Assembly (NCBI GenBank): GCA_001643675.2
Contig: LSRY02000002.1
Span: forward strand, 868,001 to 932,000
Length of the DNA stretch: 64,000 nucleotides
Direction of reading: 5' to 3'
Origin: Monocercomonoides exilis PA203
Lineage: Eukaryota > Protista > Preaxostyla
Position numbers and translations under genes: made by a program. Below the pieces are notes generated by a model, which was not told where the DNA came from, made no database searches, and worked only from the letters and a program-made list of their open reading frames with translations. The number at the start of each line of letters is the position of its first letter. Position 1 is the first letter of the stretch. Positions 59,401 to 64,000 of this stretch are shown piece after piece.

Positions 59401-61528
59401 CCCCACTTATCAGTGAACCATTTCTCTTCGAACGAGAAACTCTGCTAATGTTTGACTCCTTAAGTTCCAACTTCCAGACCCCGTTTCCTAAAGAATTTCT
59501 AATTATGCAAGAGTCATATAATCTTATTGATGTAATTTTCACATCTTCAAATACGCATTCCCCTCCATTAAGATCAAAAATACTTGTGTGAATCACATTC
59601 TGCTCATTTATACATGTAACGTCGCATCGGTTTAAAACAATATTGCCGTTTCCATTCATCAAAAGGAAACTGTAAAGTACAACTTCTCCTCCTTCAAAGT
59701 GTTTCAGGTTGCAATCAGCAATTGCTATTGATCCTGATTCCACTGTAAAGACATACCCAGATCCGTTCGATGATCTTATCACTGTTTCGTTCCTTGACAA
59801 TCCAGAGATTGCAATTGATGTCGTGCCAACAGCAATTGTATCTTCATAGAATTCACATGTGTCAGCAATAATTGTCTTGTTTGTGCTCAAAGTATTCCTG
59901 GTCAAAGAATACTTCAATGTTTGACAATTCGGAGAAAAGCCACAGTCGTCACAGTTAATTCCATTCAAATAATTTGCTTTTATCTGATAATTTGTTGATA
60001 TATCTGGAATCCAACTATCAAAAGATTCGTATGTCAAACATTCATAGTCTTTTTCATCTTTACAGCGCAAAACTCTTGGCTTGTCGGATAAAGAGAAACA
60101 TTCCGTAAAATTGTCAGAATTCAATAAATTCCATATTTGCCTGTTACATATATGAATGTCATTTCCTCCATACTTTTGTGCCGTATTATTATGGAAAGAG
60201 CAATAGGATAACTGCACTGATGGTGAAAAGTCTTCAGCTAACTCTGCGAACATGATACAACCTGCAAAAGTATTTGCATAATTATATCTGAAGATTACAC
60301 TAGAGATAGTTAGTGAAGCAAAAAGAACCCAAATGTGGATACATCCTGTGTATTCACGAGTTGTCGATCCATTTTCATAAATATTTGAATCTAACACATG
60401 ATATCCGCTTGTTACATTACTTATGACCATATGCCCTTTGCCATCTGCTTGATTACAGGAAAAATTTGACGCATAAATTTTGCTGAAAATAACATTCCAC
60501 ATGCTTACACCTCCTGCCTCTTTCTGAGCTTTACCATTCTGAAAAGAACTTCGTTCACTAATAAACGTTCCTCTTGAAAGCATTCTAATTGATCCACCAT
60601 CAGCAGTAGAGTTGCATTTGTCAAACACACAACGGGCTACATTTAGAGAAGCTGTCCCCGTACAATAGAGGGCTCCTCCATCGCCAATGCCGTCAACAGA
60701 AAAATAGCTGTCATTAAATGAAGTATCTCCAGAATCAAAAGTATCTCTTATAGAATAATTTGAAGCGCATGAAGAAAAGGATGAATTAATGCATGTGAAT
60801 GCAACAGATGCAGGAGATATGATCAATCCTTGAAACGGATTGTGGCATTTCATCATCTCAATTCCACTTATTTGTGTATTCAAACATTTTTCATTGGTTC
60901 TTTGATCATTGCAAGAGGAAGTTGAAGTGATGTTTGAAAATATGCTATTTGATACATCCATATGAGTTGCAAGACCCACACAAACGAATGGAAATGATGA
61001 AACAATTACAGATGAAAATAACGACTGTGCTAAACTAACTGTGTTAAATAACTCACGATGTCTTTCTTCAGGAATAATTGAAACAAGAGCTGGTGATTGT
61101 GATAGCTTTTTTATTGAAGAAAAAGAAATATTTTCCATTAAAATATTGCCTCCTGCCAAATAAAAAGGAATTGCATTCGAGCAACAATCAGTAAGAGAAC
61201 AACAAATAATATTGAGTGAAGACATCAAGCAGATATAAGCAATACTGCAGTGTTCACTGCGACAAATCGATATATAAGACAATGTTGTTGATGAATTTGA
61301 TAATTTGAATGCTGAATGACCATTTTTTAAAGATGTCGACAACAAAGTGGGTAATATATTGAACTGCGTTGAACGGAGTGAATTCATTTTTAATCGTTCG
61401 AATTGGCGCTCATCTTCATTTAATGACGTATATGATGCATAAGAGCAAGAAGAAATTCTGTTGTTTAATTTTTGAAAAGAATCAAATAAACAGTATAAGC
61501 TGCAAATCACAAAAATAAGGAAAAGCAT
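53468..61528 (-). CDS. Large single-pass receptor-like protein: GGA-repeat ectodomain, TM, degenerate kinase C-lobe
   Basis: Signal peptide, repeated GGAL/GGG+FxxN and CG....PC.T modules, TM WPIVVVVMAIVLLIVLIVSIIFIV, then LRWKAPELL...VFSIGMMLWECLTLQIPF...GERP. Intronless 2686 aa. Confidence 0.85.
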   Translation of the reverse strand: MLFLIFVICSLYCLFDSFQKLNNRISSCSYASYTSLNEDERQFERLKMNSLRSTQFNILPTLLSTSLKNGHSAFKLSNSSTTLSYISICRSEHCSIAYICLMSSLNIICCSLTDCCSNAIPFYLAGGNILMENISFSSIKKLSQSPALVSIIPEERHRELFNTVSLAQSLFSSVIVSSFPFVCVGLATHMDVSNSIFSNITSTSSCNDQRTNEKCLNTQISGIEMMKCHNPFQGLIISPASVAFTCINSSFSSCASNYSIRDTFDSGDTSFNDSYFSVDGIGDGGALYCTGTASLNVARCVFDKCNSTADGGSIRMLSRGTFISERSSFQNGKAQKEAGGVSMWNVIFSKIYASNFSCNQADGKGHMVISNVTSGYHVLDSNIYENGSTTREYTGCIHIWVLFASLTISSVIFRYNYANTFAGCIMFAELAEDFSPSVQLSYCSFHNNTAQKYGGNDIHICNRQIWNLLNSDNFTECFSLSDKPRVLRCKDEKDYECLTYESFDSWIPDISTNYQIKANYLNGINCDDCGFSPNCQTLKYSLTRNTLSTNKTIIADTCEFYEDTIAVGTTSIAISGLSRNETVIRSSNGSGYVFTVESGSIAIADCNLKHFEGGEVVLYSFLLMNGNGNIVLNRCDVTCINEQNVIHTSIFDLNGGECVFEDVKITSIRLYDSCIIRNSLGNGVWKLELKESNISRVSRSKRNGSLISGVANTGGSIIFSNCFIEDCSCEDGCGGGLNVRVENEGYFEINSPYSGRTFLNCAAQNGQNLGKGYGGGLFLFLSDDSCAFALKSISFQQCVAEKGKNLFVDANILKNVVNNQTFNFSMDLNDQLAFSGLERSVSNEFTIPLVCFYREFAGSAFVNGSEGMDFSACGFADFPCETIERAVDLHFVGIKRVIVLSSAFSFDHEMEFNGKEYEIGKNDTPVAIHVNASSPKENNGLLSLFLSTSFKGISFILPSSLNGRTSFIISSLSLSESKTEFSVCSFLLSSTEDSSTSLPYSLLSSNGGSVTLTEVSVLDLSFLSCSAFAFHYGTIDISKMVLNGSSTTASTGLLYATEVNLFSFSNTLMTFPTSHRFELIHIDNKSSSLLENNTFMNIWRDNDDGSVMNIEIGNGNVTELKNCSFENCVCSGSLKKGGAIKSCVEEGGSIIIHNCSVSECRVPSEDGFGGGFYLSFVSSSIVYLMKDIIFDKNTANLGDDVYLVIPSPEISITSEKWEGTTKSIEHKEKLWLMDSTPDRSLSASLICFLLKPVDETIYIDNNGIDYERCGWEAVPCESVQYSIDSFVNQLQNIIIQNSTKLETNILMGTTFLQLLGKIEDTEIITNEHGKLNVCGTSTEIVSKIEKLMFTVNFSLSDEFSLIQVQTGKLIVAKCVFGKKSATSSSRWNRWVCNIEGGEVQMESSWIGWASFVSTCGILHIESTGVASLNDVHIISVEGSTDGIITVEEEANALLRCCQMERITLKQGSLISQRKKNLGKYNNENNRIDIEDCSLKEIFQKELLEDINPSILRNEFGAIGQSIFVNNTNFTSCESENSLKGGVLFVEYNEGMNVKISNSIFLLCKAPKGKGGTTYLNCSGEGDLSFEFINDAFHLNDAAVGRDIFVFCTNLDRQINETQFKFNLDQSVYNRSNAIYGRDSLMSADDEDRNLIDLVASYRSDTIFVGDESSGGTSLKMCGSVNSPCLTVNRGLDHLDKSFNSRIVIRENGLIDAECKLEDLQIRSVSKQQASLQFSSGIEKSREYIVCCDGIVEIENQLFSFNTSFLSDHQILFLLKSGETTFISCSFESKAEPSALTVTLPFSLASISLSHSVFDSCSVQCLNFQKPLLECGGLGSMDIRSFDCFNCSLGSSLINDKESSGLNVSRLNLNNVNCSFSLIKLNKATSNATFEWVNAKNIEINNGCIIFACDEHIEDNAETHLIKLSLSSFSNITNKNDGSSAISVSSSKICVFLQNNSFQNCTSSGIKGQSVSLCNCTDTILDSCLFDGYTLKEKANLYEALNGIDEICDWNGSLLSSDNCTLIIHDLEIENSSNGGLQVSGGNVMIEMGMFTNNNPSVENYPSVRRNIHCSDNAQLNVKSLKGGDGILPNTSLWMLNERCIFEGIVSERDSLFFIPVLESVEAKEEANRMKLTFKGLLLVPCNLSFSVVKRKGEEKEIENYDFDSNGYLSEREVEGSVAKDLISSCGNEIEVSVQILFGNSYSPSSTQSFILKNKSVSEPKEDERISEVGNKERSMWPIVVVVMAIVLLIVLIVSIIFIVRWRKQKRRTKELEEIVNDNIKKDPKAFEMVTMEMSPEEQWRKAEREAEKRNEEKMQKRRMCGKKMEHSESSQYLLAECGSTENILLQDSDKIPEWILEKVDEKGEDDISRERTPSPSISSTSTVSTTDTDTTFVRTESLCPTTSSMSNLVDAMACSSPHEKLIVDLRDSLFMLLHGRNEKKEMRIGTQEEREVTAAQVLFWVANGALHSFDDEEVLQSLDNLSPLIVLFSEHMVIAIAFHSDCSEDDSDSDSSSISSSTIVTSSSSYSTSKNGRNSPLPSSAFEDDEDNKKECLRWKAPELLNGDKKHATKKTVVFSIGMMLWECLTLQIPFGEYEPTIAGQKILNGERPNFESVEESIFEKLIKNCVSGSAKVRFALSELKKEFIQYFPHNAAMLTMSDAVDYNVSYVNRSNNQIKQEAGSDTSEF

Positions 61529-61716
61529 TTCTTATTTCTCTTGAACAAAATATTAACTCATAATTTGATCTACCTTTTATTTCATTTTCGAAAGATTTAT
61601 AATGATTGTCTTATAAATTTTTTTATGAAATTATTACAAAAATGACAAAAGTTTATAAATTGGTAAATATCTCAAAAATAAGTATGGTACAACCATTTTT
61701 TTGCATTCGCTTGTCA

Positions 61717-64000
61717 ATGGCAAATTTACTGGATGAATATGTCAAAACTCCAATAAGGAAAACATGGGGATATATTACGCAACATCACTACACAGATTTA
61801 GGAGTTGTTTCCTTACTTGGAAAGAACCATCATACTGAAGAAAATTTTGTTCCTGACGCTTTGACAAGGCCATATATAACTTTTCGAAGAAATTTTATGC
61901 CAACATCACGAGGATTTACATCTGATGCAGGATTTGGATGTTTGACTTATTTTAATTATGCATTTTAGAAAGGATTCTTTTTTCAGGTATGATACGTTCA
62001 GGTTCTATGCTTGTGGCTGAAGCCATTCAAAGGCATTTGCTTGGACGAAATTTTAGCTTCAATCCAAATTTTTTTCCTTTTTGTCCAAGATGCGTTTGGC
62101 TAGCTTCTCTTTTTTCTGATGAAATGAAGCCTGGCACTCGCTATCAGCATCCTTTTTCAATTCAACATTTAATGGAACTCGGAGAAAATTACGGAAAAGC
62201 TCAGGGACAGTGGTTTGCACCCGGAACTATTGCAAATGTCTACAAGAGTATTATTACAAGACATGTAGGTCCTCAACTAGGAATGGCAGTATACATTCCT
62301 CCTGCAGGATTCAATACAATTTACATTGTTTGCTTTTTCAATTTTTTTGCAAGTCTTCTAAATTTATTTGTTTTCCCTTTGTACAGTCCGATGTCTTAAG
62401 GCTCCTTCATTCTCCTCTTCAACAGCCTGAAAAGTTTCCAGATAGCCGTTTCACAACTCCTTCCTGCCCTTCTTGCCCAATAATTGGTTGTATGTGTTCG
62501 ATTCAAAGCCGTGAGGAAAAACATAGGAAAATGGAAGAAGAAAAGAAAAAGAAGATTCTGCAAAAATTAAGTGAAAAAGAAAAGCAAGAAACAAATAAAA
62601 AAGAAAGTGAGCCATCATCGTCAGATCCATCAGATTCCAGAATCGACTGCCAAAAATTAAAATTTCCAGAGCTTTCGCCTTCACAGGCAGCTTCTAACAC
62701 AACGACCCCATCTTCCGTTACGTTATCTCCACGACCCTCTGAACAAGAAGGATCCAAAGAAGTGAATGAAAAACAAGAAACAAAACAAGAAACTGAAATT
62801 TCTGATTCATCAAAAACTGAAATGGAAAATGAAATAAAAAATGAAAATACAACAGAAAGTGACGTTTCTTCAGAATTATCTTCTCCACAGCAGAGCCCAA
62901 GCCAGCAGCAGTCTCCTTCTTCGACTCCCACTTCTTTCATTTCTTCGCATTCTGCTTCTTCAGAAAAGCTATCTTCATCAGCGCCATATTCCTTCGGCTC
63001 CGTCTCCCGCTCTTCTTCTCTCCCCACATCCTCCGGTCCCATGGCAGCATCAGCATCAGTATCATCAGCAGCATCAACAACAGAGTCACCTTCACGCGCA
63101 GTCCTTATCCTCTTCCCAACTCGCCTCGGCCTCACAAAGATTCCTTTGCATTACACACGGATCTTGTCAGCGCTGTTCCAACTCCCGTCGTTCTGTGGCA
63201 TTGCTGGTGGACATCCTTCGTCAGCTCACTTCTTCTTTGGGTGTGTGTGTGAGAAGGAGAAAGACGACAAGAGAGAGAGGCAGAGGAAAAGAGGAACGGA
63301 AAGCGTGCTCTATCTTGACCCCCACGTCACCAGAGAAGCAGAGGAGGTGAAGATGATTCGGGTGGAACACGATGAATTTTGGGAGAAAGAGAGAGAGAAA
63401 GAGAACAAAATCAAGAATTTTGATGCTGTTTCTCCGATAATCACTTCAGCTCCTTCTCCTTCTTCTCCTTCTTCTCTCTCTTCAACTTCTCCATCATCAG
63501 CTTCCCTTCCAACCTCACCATTATCAAAGTCAATGTCACCATCATCACCATCTGATCCATCATGCAATTCATCTTCACCAAACTCACCATCAGCAAACAT
63601 TCAGTCAACTTCTTCTTCTTCCACTTCTTCCACTTCTTCGACAGCATCATCACCTTCTTCAGGGAATACTGCGTATCCTCACTCATCGTCTAAATGCTTA
63701 GCTGCCAATTCCTTCCATCCACCGTCTCCCTCAGCCATCCACTCGATGCCTATCAAAGCGATGGATCCGTCGATGTGCCTGGGCTTCCTGATAAAATCGG
63801 ATGAAGAGCTGTTCGAGCTGAAGAAGCAGGTCGAGTTTATCTTCACTGTGCAGTCGGCGATCCGAAAGAAAGAGGCGAGAGAAAGAAGAGAGAAGAGGAG
63901 AATGGCGAAGAAGCTGGAGAGAGAGAAAAGGAGAGAGAAAGAGAAAGAGAAAGGACAAGGGCAAGTGGAGGAGAGCCAAGAAGCAGACGACGAAAGCTTA
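61717..64000 (+). CDS. ATG4: ATG4 cysteine protease (peptidase C54), 3' end beyond the window
   Basis: YITFRRNF, FTSDAGFGC|MIRSG (catalytic Cys codon split by intron 61940-61986), PFSIQ, GQWFAP, then after intron 62328-62386 LFPTRLGL, GIAGGHPSSAHFFFG, LYLDPH and MDPSMCLGFL. Start codon uncertain. Confidence 0.93.

Noticed and set aside
1-64000. Genome-wide TAA/TAG=Gln code, or a selenoprotein/SECIS near PSTK
   Set aside because: Multi-kb ORFs are open under the standard code and conserved genes end at TAA/TAG. I found no in-frame TGA in a redox motif, no SECIS and no tRNA-Sec.

Overview
Eukaryotic, AT-rich, intron-containing genomic DNA with short GT-AG introns and standard-code stops. It has no rRNA, tRNA or CRISPR signal that I could support. 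The pervasive poly-Ser coding expansions, GGA-repeat surface proteins with degenerate kinase tails and a TmcB-type gene suggest an oxymonad such as Monocercomonoides; this is inference from gene content, not a database match. About 16 genes, several rebuilt by manual splicing: a WASP-like actin regulator, a PSTK plus nicotinamide-riboside-kinase-like fusion, a helical-repeat hypothetical, an RRM/zinc-knuckle protein, UPF1 head-to-head with SPO11, a small membrane protein, VID27, a surface-protein pseudogene bracketed by inverted repeats, GAS8/DRC4, a TmcB-family membrane protein ending in a hemerythrin-like domain, a 2722-aa protein with a split TALE homeodomain, a PIG-O/G-like membrane protein, a 2686-aa receptor pseudokinase and ATG4 (cut by the window end). 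Most notable: (1) the TmcB-hemerythrin protein has lost exactly the two His ligands of the O2-binding iron; (2) the TALE homeodomain has a ~250-aa loop insertion; (3) the PSTK-NRK fusion; (4) foldback and inverted-repeat elements at 22-27.5 kb. All family calls come from motif recognition by eye.
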